In this document: positions 8,611 through 16,940 of the stretch, in pieces
Layout: every line of letters starts with the position of its first letter
How positions within the stretch are numbered: the stretch's first letter is position 1
Sequence record: PP180002
Source of the DNA: Escherichia phage mEp013
DNA length: 52,961 bases
Direction: 5' to 3' (one strand)
Notes under the pieces: generated by a model
What the model saw: only the letters and a program-made list of their open reading frames with translations
The model's database searches: none
What the model was told of the DNA's origin: nothing
Made by a program: the position numbers and the translations under genes

Positions 8611-8915
8611 GTTTCTTTCTCCTATGGTTAGGTGAACGCGCGGGCGGGTATCCAATTAGCATTAGATAGCAGTGACTGACCGCTGAACAGATCCCGCCGT
8701 TGCGTGATATTTGTTTTTCGCTTCGCAGCGACACCGGGTTTTTAAAGAGCTTTTAAGGTATGTGCCTTTTGTGCTTTCCCTTATCTCTTTCCTTGCATCA
8801 TTGCAAGTTCGGCTTTACCTTGTCTGTAAGTTTACAGAATGGCGTTAACAGATCAAGGATTGAAAATTACATTTTGTGACTTGCATCAAAATTTTTTAGG
8901 TTATAGGGTAGCGAC

Positions 8916-9563
8916 ATGAAAACAAAATGGTATGACCTGGCAAAACAACTCATGCGGGCGCAGGGCATGAGTCAAGATTCATTGGCAGATCTCATGGGGA
9001 TCACTAAAGGCGGCTTGTCACACTGGCTTAACGGTCGCCGCGAGCCAAATCTTGAAGACATTGCGCGGATTATGCGGGCGCTTGGGCGTCGGCAGTTCAC
9101 TGTCACACATGATGGAATGGTCATTGATGACTCTGTTTCTAACACGTTGCCGGGAGCGCCACCGCGTGATTTAGGCAGTTACCCGGTTGTTGACTGGAAG
9201 GATGTAGTAAACAATATGGAAGATGCAAGGCGATCAACATTACCACACGTTACGACTAGCGTTATTTGTTCAGATGATAGTTATTGGCTGGTAGCTAAAG
9301 GCGAATCAATGAACGCGCCGCAAGGATTGAGTATACCAGCGGGGACGATGATACTTGTCGATCCGCACGCGCCAGCTATTGACGGAAAACTGGTTATAGC
9401 CCAACTGGAGGAGGGGCAGATACCGACGTTTAAACAGTTGATTATTGATGGAGGCAGAAAACTTTTGCGTTCACTGAATCCGTTGTATCCGCCAATCCCT
9501 ATGAATCCAGAATCTAAAATCATAGGCGTGGTAGTGGATGCGAAGATCGTAAACCTGCCATAA
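8916..9563 (+). CDS. cI: CI-type repressor (HTH_XRE plus S24 LexA-like peptidase domain)
   Basis: N-terminal HTH (MSQDSLADLMGITKGGLSHWLNG); C-terminal autocleavage domain with GESM Ser and downstream Lys. Confidence 0.85.
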   Translation: MKTKWYDLAKQLMRAQGMSQDSLADLMGITKGGLSHWLNGRREPNLEDIARIMRALGRRQFTVTHDGMVIDDSVSNTLPGAPPRDLGSYPVVDWKDVVNNMEDARRSTLPHVTTSVICSDDSYWLVAKGESMNAPQGLSIPAGTMILVDPHAPAIDGKLVIAQLEEGQIPTFKQLIIDGGRKLLRSLNPLYPPIPMNPESKIIGVVVDAKIVNLP

Positions 9564-9568
9564 ACACT

Positions 9569-9593
9569 AGCCGCCTGATGGCGGCTTTTCTTT
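9569..9593 (+). terminator. rho-independent terminator after cI
   Basis: AGCCGCC-TGAT-GGCGGCT hairpin followed by TTTTCTTT. Confidence 0.7.
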
Positions 9594-9686
9594 GCCGGAA
9601 AAACACCAAAACGTAAACAGAAAACGTTATTTATTGTTTAAATATCAATAACATATAAAATATTTTAAAAAAGTATACAAAATGGA

Positions 9687-9715
9687 TTGACTCGGTGTTT
9701 TACGGGGCGTATATT
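9687..9715 (+). promoter_or_regulatory. PL-like sigma70 promoter (TTGACT-17-TATATT)
   Basis: Near-consensus hexamers with 17-nt spacer; flanked by 8-bp inverted repeat TTGACTCG/CGAGTCAA; TATACAAAATGG motif directly upstream. Confidence 0.65.
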
Positions 9716-9756
9716 GCGAGTCAAAGGAGGAAGCAAGGCAGGGAAAGAAGGTTACT

Positions 9757-9794
9757 TGCTCTTTAATAATCTGGTCAGCCGCTGGAAGTGCGGC
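9757..9794 (+). promoter_or_regulatory. nutL-like site: boxA (TGCTCTTTAATAA) plus boxB hairpin (GCCGC-TGGAAGT-GCGGC)
   Basis: boxA nearly identical to rrn/lambda boxA consensus; 5-bp stem 7-nt loop hairpin 8 nt downstream; sits between promoter and N-like gene. Confidence 0.55.
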
Positions 9795-9850
9795 AATTAA
9801 CGAAGATGATTTTTTATTAAGTATCATCAAGGATATAAGGAGATCAGATC

Positions 9851-10141
9851 ATGACAGTTACAATCATGTATGGCAAATGTGACAGTAAACTGAATGCCAG
9901 GGAACGCAGAAGAATAAAAAGAGAAAACGAAAGAAAATCATCACCTGCAATCAATAAAACGGACAATGTGGATAAAGCCATTCGCTTTGCAAACGAGGAA
10001 AGATGCAAACCCAATGGCATTAAAGAACGTCGCAAAGGATCAGTTAAATGGTATAAGGAAAACGAAAGCGGCAACTACTACCACGCAACGCAACCACGCC
10101 AGTTAGGGGAAAAACCCCTTGATAAAGTCCGTTACCATTAA
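9851..10141 (+). CDS. N-like antitermination protein (arginine-rich motif)
   Basis: 96 aa, basic; N-terminal ARM NARERRRIKRENERK; first gene after PL/nutL; strong RBS TAAGGAG. Confidence 0.5.
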   Translation: MTVTIMYGKCDSKLNARERRRIKRENERKSSPAINKTDNVDKAIRFANEERCKPNGIKERRKGSVKWYKENESGNYYHATQPRQLGEKPLDKVRYH

Positions 10142-10171
10142 TACAAAATGTAAATAATCGGAGGTGACATT

Positions 10172-10294
10172 ATGGTTATTCATGCGCTCCAATTCAAACT
10201 GGCGGTAGCGGAAATGCTTCATGATGCCGAAATGTGGAGCGCCGCGAATAAAGCCTTGTATGTAGTGTTAACAGCGAAGGAGATCAAAGAGTGA
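10172..10294 (+). CDS. hypothetical small protein (40 aa)
   Basis: Hand-translated; strong RBS GGAGGTG; stop overlaps erf GTG start. Confidence 0.45.
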   Translation: MVIHALQFKLAVAEMLHDAEMWSAANKALYVVLTAKEIKE

Positions 10295-10932
10295 AAACAG
10301 AGTTACACAAAAAACTGTGGACGATTCAGCAAACGCTGAATGCACCAAAAGGGCAATACAATAAATTCGGTGGATATTCATACAGATCTGCGGAGGATAT
10401 TTTAGAGGCAGTTAAGCCACTTCTACAGAATGTCACGTTAATGGTTAGCGATGAAATTGTTTTAATCGGTGATCGCTATTATGTGAAAGCAACGGCAACG
10501 CTAAGCGACGGCGAGGATTCAATTTCAGCCACTGCGTTCGCGCGTGAGGAAAAAGAGCAAAAAGGAATGACGGCAGGGCAGCTAACTGGCGCGACATCAA
10601 GTTACGCGCGGAAATATGCCCTGAACGGTCTGTTCTGTATAGACGATGCGAAAGATTTAGACACTGACGCTTACGCGAAGCAGACAGGCCAGCAGCCTCG
10701 CCAGCAGAAAAACACACCAAAACAACAACCACAGCAGCAGAAAGCGCAGCCAAATCCTGATGAAGTATTAGCACGTTTCTGTGATGCAGCAGCGAAAGCG
10801 CCTGATGCTAATAAGTTACGCGAGATCTTCGGCAAGTGCTGGAAGCTGTTACCTGAAAATTCAGAGCAACGAGTCAAAGCAAAAGATATTTACCAAATAA
10901 GGCTTGAGGAGTTAAATGGAAGTATTAACTAA
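10291..10932 (+). CDS. erf: Erf-family single-strand annealing protein
   Basis: LNAPK.QYN.FG.Y.YRS.EDILE.VKPLL N-terminal pattern as in P22 Erf (from memory); Q/P-rich C-terminus; RBS AAGGAG with GTG start. Confidence 0.75.
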   Translation: MKTELHKKLWTIQQTLNAPKGQYNKFGGYSYRSAEDILEAVKPLLQNVTLMVSDEIVLIGDRYYVKATATLSDGEDSISATAFAREEKEQKGMTAGQLTGATSSYARKYALNGLFCIDDAKDLDTDAYAKQTGQQPRQQKNTPKQQPQQQKAQPNPDEVLARFCDAAAKAPDANKLREIFGKCWKLLPENSEQRVKAKDIYQIRLEELNGSIN

Positions 10933-11524
10933 GACATGTAATAAATGCGGTAGGCGACTACCGCTTGATTGTTTTCCTAAACATAAAGGCTGCAAATATG
11001 GTGTTACTAGCACATGCGTTGAGTGCACTAAAATAAGCGTGAAAGCATTTAGGGAAAGGAATAAAGATAAAATAGCTGAACGAAATAGAAAATGGAGGGA
11101 AGAACATAAGGAAGAGATACGAGAGAAAGATAAGAAATACTACGAAGAACATAAGAAAGAATGTAATGATCGCGCGAAAAAATATAGAGAAAACAACAGG
11201 AAGAAAATTATAGAATATAAAAATGATTGGGTTAAAAGAAACGAAGAAAGATTGAAGGAGTACCGGAGAATATATCACGAAGATTATAAAGAAAGAAATA
11301 AGGCTGAACTAAAAGCAAGAACAAAACTAAGTAACGCCATTAGAGATGGCAAGATATTTAGGCCTGATAGGTGTGATCGTTGCGGAAATAAATGTACTCC
11401 TGATGGTCATCACTGGAATTATGCGTTTCCGCTTAACGTTATTTGGTTATGTAGATCTTGTCACAAAATAGTTCATGTTAAATTCGGGTGTATCCACGAA
11501 GATATTAACGGGGAGATCAATTAA
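10916..11524 (+). CDS. HNH endonuclease-like protein
   Basis: Cys-rich N-terminus; lysine-rich centre; C-terminal CDRCG..HHWNY..WLCRSCH HNH-type motif. Confidence 0.6.
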   Translation: MEVLTKTCNKCGRRLPLDCFPKHKGCKYGVTSTCVECTKISVKAFRERNKDKIAERNRKWREEHKEEIREKDKKYYEEHKKECNDRAKKYRENNRKKIIEYKNDWVKRNEERLKEYRRIYHEDYKERNKAELKARTKLSNAIRDGKIFRPDRCDRCGNKCTPDGHHWNYAFPLNVIWLCRSCHKIVHVKFGCIHEDINGEIN

Positions 11525-11988
11525 TGAGCTTAAATTCAATCACGCTGGGTGGTAACGTTGGTAACGATCTTGAAGTGCGCTACACGCAAAACGGGAAGGC
11601 GATTGGTAGTTTTCCGTTAGCTGTAACGAATGGCTACGGTGATAATAAGCGGACAATGTGGATCACTTGCCTGGTATTTGGTGAGCGTGCGGAAAAATTA
11701 GCTCCACATATCCGCAAGGGTGGAAAAATAGTGGTAAGCGGTCGCCTGGATGTTCGGCAATATGACCGGAACGACGGCACGAAGGGGACTGCGGTAGAAG
11801 TGGCGGTTAACGAATTTGAATTCATGAATGTTAACCAACAAGGCCAGCAGCAAGGACAGCAGCAGAAAGCGCCGCCGCAGCAGCATAATAATAACGGGAA
11901 TAATGTTCCTCCTGATTTCGATGACGACATCCCATTTGCTCCTATGGGGTTACAATATGGCAAAAGCAGGATCTACGCGCTATCTTGA
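11524..11988 (+). CDS. ssb: single-stranded DNA-binding protein
   Basis: OB-fold SSB pattern, Gln/Gly linker, acidic tail DDDIPF. Confidence 0.9.
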   Translation: MSLNSITLGGNVGNDLEVRYTQNGKAIGSFPLAVTNGYGDNKRTMWITCLVFGERAEKLAPHIRKGGKIVVSGRLDVRQYDRNDGTKGTAVEVAVNEFEFMNVNQQGQQQGQQQKAPPQQHNNNGNNVPPDFDDDIPFAPMGLQYGKSRIYALS

Positions 11989-12250
11989 TGCGCCGCCGAT
12001 TCCGCGAACAAAAGAGCAAGTATTAAAAGAAGCCCGTGATCAAATCGATCATGGGCTTTTTTTATGCGGCACGGCAGCGGAACGGATGGCGAAAAGATTT
12101 AGTGACCTGTACGCAAAACAAATATGGTTCGACAACTGGCAGGCAAGTTTTTATCCACTGCAAAGAAAACCGGATATGCACTGGCCTGAATATGTCGATC
12201 CACGTATGCGCAAATATCGCGGGCGTATGGGCCAGGTCATTAACGATTAA
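11957..12250 (+). CDS. hypothetical protein (97 aa)
   Basis: ATG at 11957 inside ORF 11828..12250; overlaps ssb 3' end. Confidence 0.5.
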   Translation: MAKAGSTRYLDAPPIPRTKEQVLKEARDQIDHGLFLCGTAAERMAKRFSDLYAKQIWFDNWQASFYPLQRKPDMHWPEYVDPRMRKYRGRMGQVIND

Positions 12251-12264
12251 TGAGGTATCAAATC

Positions 12265-12489
12265 ATGATCGAAGAAAAAGAAGTTGATAAAGAAATGCCT
12301 AACTCATCTGATGACTATGTCACTTTTAACGGCGGCCTGTATGAGTTCGAAACGTCTGCAGGCTGGCACGATAAATGGCCTATGCCAACGCGCAAGGAAT
12401 TAAGCGAACGTAAAACATTTGGCGAAGATGCCGAACGCCTGGCTAATAACAAATGGCTTGATAAGTTCATTGCGGAGGGTGGCAAATGA
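12265..12489 (+). CDS. hypothetical protein (74 aa)
   Basis: ATG at 12265 with GAGG RBS (alternative 12250). Confidence 0.5.
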   Translation: MIEEKEVDKEMPNSSDDYVTFNGGLYEFETSAGWHDKWPMPTRKELSERKTFGEDAERLANNKWLDKFIAEGGK

Positions 12490-12599
12490 ACCTTGCAAAA
12501 ATTGCCGCATTGCTTGCGGCTTTGTCTATCGCTGTGCTGTATCTCAGCGTATCGCTTTATATCACGGTAGCGATCATTAAACTCATTGCTAACATGTGA
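12486..12599 (+). CDS. small hydrophobic membrane peptide (37 aa)
   Basis: MNLAKIAALLAALSIAVLYLSVSLYITVAIIKLIANM; ATGA overlap with upstream stop. Confidence 0.45.
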   Translation: MNLAKIAALLAALSIAVLYLSVSLYITVAIIKLIANM

Positions 12600-12607
12600 G
12601 GTTAATC

Positions 12608-12730
12608 ATGAAAGTCGGTAAGGATATTGTGACGGTCGCGTTTTGCATTATTTGCTTCCTGTTTTCGGTTGTATTTTGTGGCGCACTTGCGGCGGTGATC
12701 AGCTTTATTGGTAAAGGGGTGATATTATGA
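12608..12730 (+). CDS. small hydrophobic membrane peptide (40 aa)
   Basis: MKVGKDIVTVAFCIICFLFSVVFCGALAAVISFIGKGVIL; ATGA overlap with next gene start. Confidence 0.45.
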   Translation: MKVGKDIVTVAFCIICFLFSVVFCGALAAVISFIGKGVIL

Positions 12731-12999
12731 TTCCGTGGAATGCAAAAGCTGGTGATCTGGTTGTTTTGCCTGCATATCGTAGTGATCCTGGTCTTGTGGT
12801 GCTGAATAAAGCATGTATAGAAATTGAGCGCCCGATCCTTGTCAAATACCTGGACGGAACAATTATAGAGCCTATTTTCTTCGACAAGATTGAGCTGAAA
12901 GCCCGTAATGTTCGCGTTAAGCCGTTCCGGGCTTATGTTGAAGACCACTGGCGGAAATTGTTCGCCGGACTGAATGGGATGTACGGCGTATGGCTATAA
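12727..12999 (+). CDS. hypothetical protein (90 aa)
   Basis: ORF in tightly packed early operon. Confidence 0.5.
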   Translation: MIPWNAKAGDLVVLPAYRSDPGLVVLNKACIEIERPILVKYLDGTIIEPIFFDKIELKARNVRVKPFRAYVEDHWRKLFAGLNGMYGVWL

Positions 13000-13181
13000 A
13001 ATTGGTGAAAGTTAAAGATTTAAAAGGCGGCGAAAAACTCCGCGCATGGTTCGGATATGAATTTATTGCTACTGCCTTTCATTTCGGGAAAGGGGGCCAG
13101 GTAACAATTTTTGATGAAGATTACGACGAAGTTGGGCAATGGCATCTTGAGCAATATATCGAGGTGTTAAATGAAAATTAA
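12990..13181 (+). CDS. hypothetical protein (63 aa)
   Basis: ORF in tightly packed early operon. Confidence 0.45.
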   Translation: MAIKLVKVKDLKGGEKLRAWFGYEFIATAFHFGKGGQVTIFDEDYDEVGQWHLEQYIEVLNEN

Positions 13182-13503
13182 ATTCCATAAAGCATATGAT
13201 AGCCAGACAAACAAGCTATCACTATTTATTGAGTTCGAACGCCGGATCGTGGTTGTTCCTTATTCTCGGCGCTTTAATGATGCAGCAGGGCGGAGACAGT
13301 TCGCGTTAGATATGTTGTTACGCGGTTGCGGCCTTATGCGCCCGCTATCTGATTTAAAACGGATGATGCCTGGATCGTTCGGTCAGATTGATGAAATTGA
13401 AGTAAGCCAGGAAGAGCTAAAACGGGCGCGTGATTTGTTCCTTTCAAGCGAAGGAAACCCGTTTAATCCAGAAACTGAAATGAAATGGCATCACCCACTA
13501 TAA
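13171..13503 (+). CDS. hypothetical protein (110 aa)
   Basis: ORF in tightly packed early operon. Confidence 0.5.
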   Translation: MKIKFHKAYDSQTNKLSLFIEFERRIVVVPYSRRFNDAAGRRQFALDMLLRGCGLMRPLSDLKRMMPGSFGQIDEIEVSQEELKRARDLFLSSEGNPFNPETEMKWHHPL

Positions 13504-13516
13504 AAGGATAAATATC

Positions 13517-14137
13517 ATGAACGACATCAAAACAGCTTATTCACTCGGCAGCGAAGGCATGTTAATCACTCGCTATACTGAAGATGCAAGTTTTCATGAA
13601 GTGGAAATTAAAGATTATCACGAAGTATTGAAAGATATGGAGGCTGGCAAGTATGACGCTGATTTGAATCTGGCGTTACAGATTGTTGATATTGTGATGG
13701 ACGCGTCGATCCGTGATTATGTGTCTTTAGACGCTGAAGAAAAAACGGCTGTAGCTCGTTATGTCTTCTGCCTTACTTTCGTGAAACGCATGGAAGAGGA
13801 ATTTGGTCGCGTGCCAGTTCCGGAAGAAATTGACCCGCTGGCGTTCGGAAGCGCTGTTATTTTCCCGTTAGATGAAAATCATACTGGTAGCGTTGCGCTG
13901 CATTCTATGCGCGGCGTAATGAAAAGCGTCTTTGAGGCTAAGGCGCTACAGAAGTGCGTTGATGAAGGGCACAACGAGGAAGACGTAAAGGAGATCATGC
14001 CGTTGTTTTATGGCGAAATGGTTGGTAATAACATGCGTGCAAATGATTTAGGTGTGCAGGCGGCCATATCCGTTCTTAATGAAGTACGGAAAATGGCACA
14101 GCCAATGCCTGAACAGGGAAAACGTGTACTGCATTAA
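13517..14137 (+). CDS. hypothetical protein (206 aa)
   Basis: Long ORF, acidic; no recognisable motif. Confidence 0.6.
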   Translation: MNDIKTAYSLGSEGMLITRYTEDASFHEVEIKDYHEVLKDMEAGKYDADLNLALQIVDIVMDASIRDYVSLDAEEKTAVARYVFCLTFVKRMEEEFGRVPVPEEIDPLAFGSAVIFPLDENHTGSVALHSMRGVMKSVFEAKALQKCVDEGHNEEDVKEIMPLFYGEMVGNNMRANDLGVQAAISVLNEVRKMAQPMPEQGKRVLH

Positions 14138-14235
14138 CATCGTGATTGCTATCACATGAATATACATTTTGTGTTGTGATCGCATATCCGTTTTGTAAAC
14201 TGAAATTAAAGGTTTACAGCGCGGAGGAAAGCAAG

Positions 14236-14454
14236 ATGGAACGTGAATACATGCTTTATTGCGTTGAGGGTGGCGTAGGTAGCGATGCCTACGTCGCAGG
14301 GAAAAGCTATCCAGCCGATGAAGTGCTTTCTAATATGCACTTCCGGGAAAATGAAAACCAGGTGTCTGTGTGGAAGCGATGCGTTGATGGTATTGAAGTC
14401 GTTAGCCTTGAAAGATATTTGGGTAAATTTGACTACGCATTGATCGAGGCTTAA
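14236..14454 (+). CDS. hypothetical protein (72 aa)
   Basis: ATG at 14236 with RBS GGAGGA; promoter-like TTGTGA-16-TAAACT at 14174-14201 upstream. Confidence 0.45.
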   Translation: MEREYMLYCVEGGVGSDAYVAGKSYPADEVLSNMHFRENENQVSVWKRCVDGIEVVSLERYLGKFDYALIEA

Positions 14455-14456
14455 CT

Positions 14457-14549
14457 ATGGACGAATCATTGCTATTCATGTGCATTTGCTGGGGTTTTAT
14501 TGCCTTATGCCTGTTTATCAGGTGGTTTATTGAATACCATATGAGGTGA
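14457..14549 (+). CDS. small hydrophobic membrane peptide (30 aa)
   Basis: MDESLLFMCICWGFIALCLFIRWFIEYHMR; follows upstream stop by 2 nt. Confidence 0.4.
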   Translation: MDESLLFMCICWGFIALCLFIRWFIEYHMR

Positions 14550-14553
14550 TTTT

Positions 14554-14745
14554 ATGAAAAAGGTTGGCGAATACATGATACCGGATAACGCTAAATTAGC
14601 CGGGATAGGTCAATTTGGTTGTTATTACTATAACTGTGTCGGTGATATTTATCAGGTCAGTATTGTTGGTGGTGTACAGCATTTTCGTCTTATGCACTTT
14701 GAATTAAGCGCACTTAAAAAGGCGGTGTTAATGTATGAAGTTTAA
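14554..14745 (+). CDS. hypothetical protein (63 aa)
   Basis: RBS GAGGTG. Confidence 0.5.
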   Translation: MKKVGEYMIPDNAKLAGIGQFGCYYYNCVGDIYQVSIVGGVQHFRLMHFELSALKKAVLMYEV

Positions 14746-14938
14746 ACAGTATAAAGAATGGAAGATTCCAGAAGAAGCAACAAAGGCAGCGCCCGGAAGT
14801 TTTTCGGGCGTTTACTTTTATATGGAAGGTAAATGGTATTTCGGCAGCAGGCCGGATCACTATTATCAAGAAGTATGCAAATCTCACACATGGGACATTA
14901 AGGAACGCGTGCAAGGTGGTGTAATAGACGAGGTTTAA
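14735..14938 (+). CDS. hypothetical protein (67 aa)
   Basis: ORF overlapping neighbours. Confidence 0.45.
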   Translation: MKFKQYKEWKIPEEATKAAPGSFSGVYFYMEGKWYFGSRPDHYYQEVCKSHTWDIKERVQGGVIDEV

Positions 14939-14939
14939 A

Positions 14940-15176
14940 ATGGTTAAGAGCTTTTTTAACTGGTTGTGTGCGTGGCTTTTGGCTACGATTTTTGTTTTCC
15001 TGGCGGCCCTGACTGTTATCGTTGTTATCATGCTGGGGGCTATGTTTATTACGTGGTCGCTGCCTGAATTTAACGACATTGGGAATATTCTTTTTGCAGC
15101 CCGCGCTTTATTGGCTGTTAGCGCATTCATTGGTTTTTGCTGGACTGTGGCGCCTGATTGGGGTGATGAATGGTGA
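14940..15176 (+). CDS. hypothetical membrane protein (78 aa, two predicted TM helices)
   Basis: Two hydrophobic stretches. Confidence 0.5.
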   Translation: MVKSFFNWLCAWLLATIFVFLAALTVIVVIMLGAMFITWSLPEFNDIGNILFAARALLAVSAFIGFCWTVAPDWGDEW

Positions 15177-15180
15177 TCAT

Positions 15181-15414
15181 ATGGCTTTGTTCAATATGTC
15201 AGAACTGCAATTTAATGCCGTAAAAGCAGCCGCCCGCGCTGCACTTTCTGCTTGCAAAGCGGAGGTAGAGAAAAACGGCTACAGCGATAAAGCTACGCGG
15301 CTGATATTAGAAAAGCATTATCGCAAGGTTGCCCCGCTAATCAGCATTGAGCGTTTTGTCTGGTTGGTTGGGTATCTCAATAACCGATGGGGGACTGACC
15401 AGGATTATTTTTAG
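15181..15414 (+). CDS. hypothetical protein (77 aa)
   Basis: ATG at 15181 inside ORF 15022..15414. Confidence 0.45.
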   Translation: MALFNMSELQFNAVKAAARAALSACKAEVEKNGYSDKATRLILEKHYRKVAPLISIERFVWLVGYLNNRWGTDQDYF

Positions 15415-15426
15415 TGGGGGATAGCA

Positions 15427-15966
15427 ATGAAAAATGATTTTGGAGGCAGTAATACGCCAAAAGAGATTAAAGACCTGTGGCAGACGCCGAAACCAGTTTT
15501 CAGGGGAATGGATCGTGAATTTGAATTTGTCGCTGACGTTGCGGCAAATAAGGAAAATGCGCTAATTCCGCGATATATAACCGAAGAAATGGACACGCTA
15601 CATTATCCGTGGGGAGCGGTGGCAATGCCTGGTGAATATGTATGGATGAATCCGCCATATTCGAATCCTGGGCCATTCGTTGACAAGGCGGCGCTAGAAC
15701 ATCAACGGAATCACATCGGTTGCGTAATGTTATTGCCCGCTGACGTTTCTGTTAGCTGGTTCATGAACGGCGTGGAGACTGCAAACGAATGCCGATTAAT
15801 CACGCGCGGGCGTCTGGCGTTTATCAATGCTGCGACTGGTAAGCCAGTAAGCGGAAACAACAAAGGCAGCTTGTTTTTGATCTGGCATCCACGGTGCAGA
15901 CATGAATGTATTTTTACACACATAACGCGTAAAGAGCTATATGCAAGAGGTGCAGAAAATGACTAG
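15427..15966 (+). CDS. phage Dam-like DNA N6-adenine methyltransferase
   Basis: 179 aa; catalytic NPPY-type motif (WMNPPYS); RBS GGGGG. Confidence 0.75.
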   Translation: MKNDFGGSNTPKEIKDLWQTPKPVFRGMDREFEFVADVAANKENALIPRYITEEMDTLHYPWGAVAMPGEYVWMNPPYSNPGPFVDKAALEHQRNHIGCVMLLPADVSVSWFMNGVETANECRLITRGRLAFINAATGKPVSGNNKGSLFLIWHPRCRHECIFTHITRKELYARGAEND

Positions 15967-16456
15967 TGCAGCAGATTTATTACGACTTGCAGCGGAAACA
16001 ATAGAGCAAAGGGGTAAACAAAACGGCTACGACAGAAAAGAGGAAAAATCGGCGCCCAAAATAGCCACTATATACAACGCTAAGAAGGGGGCAAATTTAA
16101 CACCACTTGATGTATGGGATCTAATGATTTGCCTTAAGGAGGCGCGATTAGAGGCCATTTTGGTTAATGGAAGCGATCCGACAGACACCCTGATAGATTT
16201 AATTAGCTACAGCGCACTGAAAGCGGAACAAATATTAACGGAGCGCGAGAAAGAGCAAAAGAAAAAACAGGACGCTTTTGATCTCCCTGTTGGTGGACTA
16301 GTTAAAGGTGAGGCGATAACCAGTTGTAAGGGATTGCCACCTTCTATGCTTGCACCTCAATGTGGCTGCATTCCAACTAGTGTTGGCGTGAAGTTTAATA
16401 GGGAAAATGCTATTCGTGACAAGAGGTATGACCCAAATGAAAAAGGTGGCAATTGA
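15959..16456 (+). CDS. conserved phage protein (LTP.DVW..M..LK.ARL family; function unknown)
   Basis: Recurring phage pattern RGK..GY...LTPLDVWDLMICLKEARL...DLISYSALKAE; RBS AAGAGG. Confidence 0.55.
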   Translation: MTSAADLLRLAAETIEQRGKQNGYDRKEEKSAPKIATIYNAKKGANLTPLDVWDLMICLKEARLEAILVNGSDPTDTLIDLISYSALKAEQILTEREKEQKKKQDAFDLPVGGLVKGEAITSCKGLPPSMLAPQCGCIPTSVGVKFNRENAIRDKRYDPNEKGGN

Positions 16457-16940
16457 CAGGTTACTGGCCTGCGTTTATGTCGCCGTTTTCGTGATCATCA
16501 ACCTTATTGTTAACCATTGCGGCCCGTGGGTGATTCCGATCACTACGGTAGCCGCTGTGTGTGTCAATATGATGATCCGTGACTTCCTGTTGTATGACGG
16601 CGGCCTTAAATGGTCGGCTACAACATGCGCAGCCGCTGGCGCAATTACGGTGCTGATAAATTACGATGCCGGTATGGTGGCGATAGCGTCATTAGTTGCG
16701 GTTGTTTCCGGTGCGCTTATTTCTGGCGGCGTTTACCGGGTTTTACCTGATGATTTCGATTCTAAGCGCTGGCCTGCAAATATAGCGTCCGCCATTGGCG
16801 ATGCGTTAATTTTCCCGACGCTATCGTTTATGGCATTTATGCCTGAAATATCAGCTATGCAATTCATCTCAAAAATGGCAGCGGTAACGGTGATCACGAT
16901 CATTATGCGCCGCTATTTCACGTTTGAGGGCAAAAAATGA
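16437..16940 (+). CDS. YhhQ/DUF165 (VUT-family) queuosine-precursor transporter-like membrane protein
   Basis: Polytopic; motifs resemble YhhQ family (IPITTVAAVCVNMMIRDFLLYDGG, RWPANIASAIGDALIFPTLSF); family call from memory. Confidence 0.5.
   Translation: MKKVAIDRLLACVYVAVFVIINLIVNHCGPWVIPITTVAAVCVNMMIRDFLLYDGGLKWSATTCAAAGAITVLINYDAGMVAIASLVAVVSGALISGGVYRVLPDDFDSKRWPANIASAIGDALIFPTLSFMAFMPEISAMQFISKMAAVTVITIIMRRYFTFEGKK

Noticed and set aside
11634-11963. Minus-strand ORFs antisense to ssb (11634..11963, 11698..11886)
   Set aside because: Antisense to the Gln/Gly-rich SSB linker; repetitive composition creates spurious open frames.
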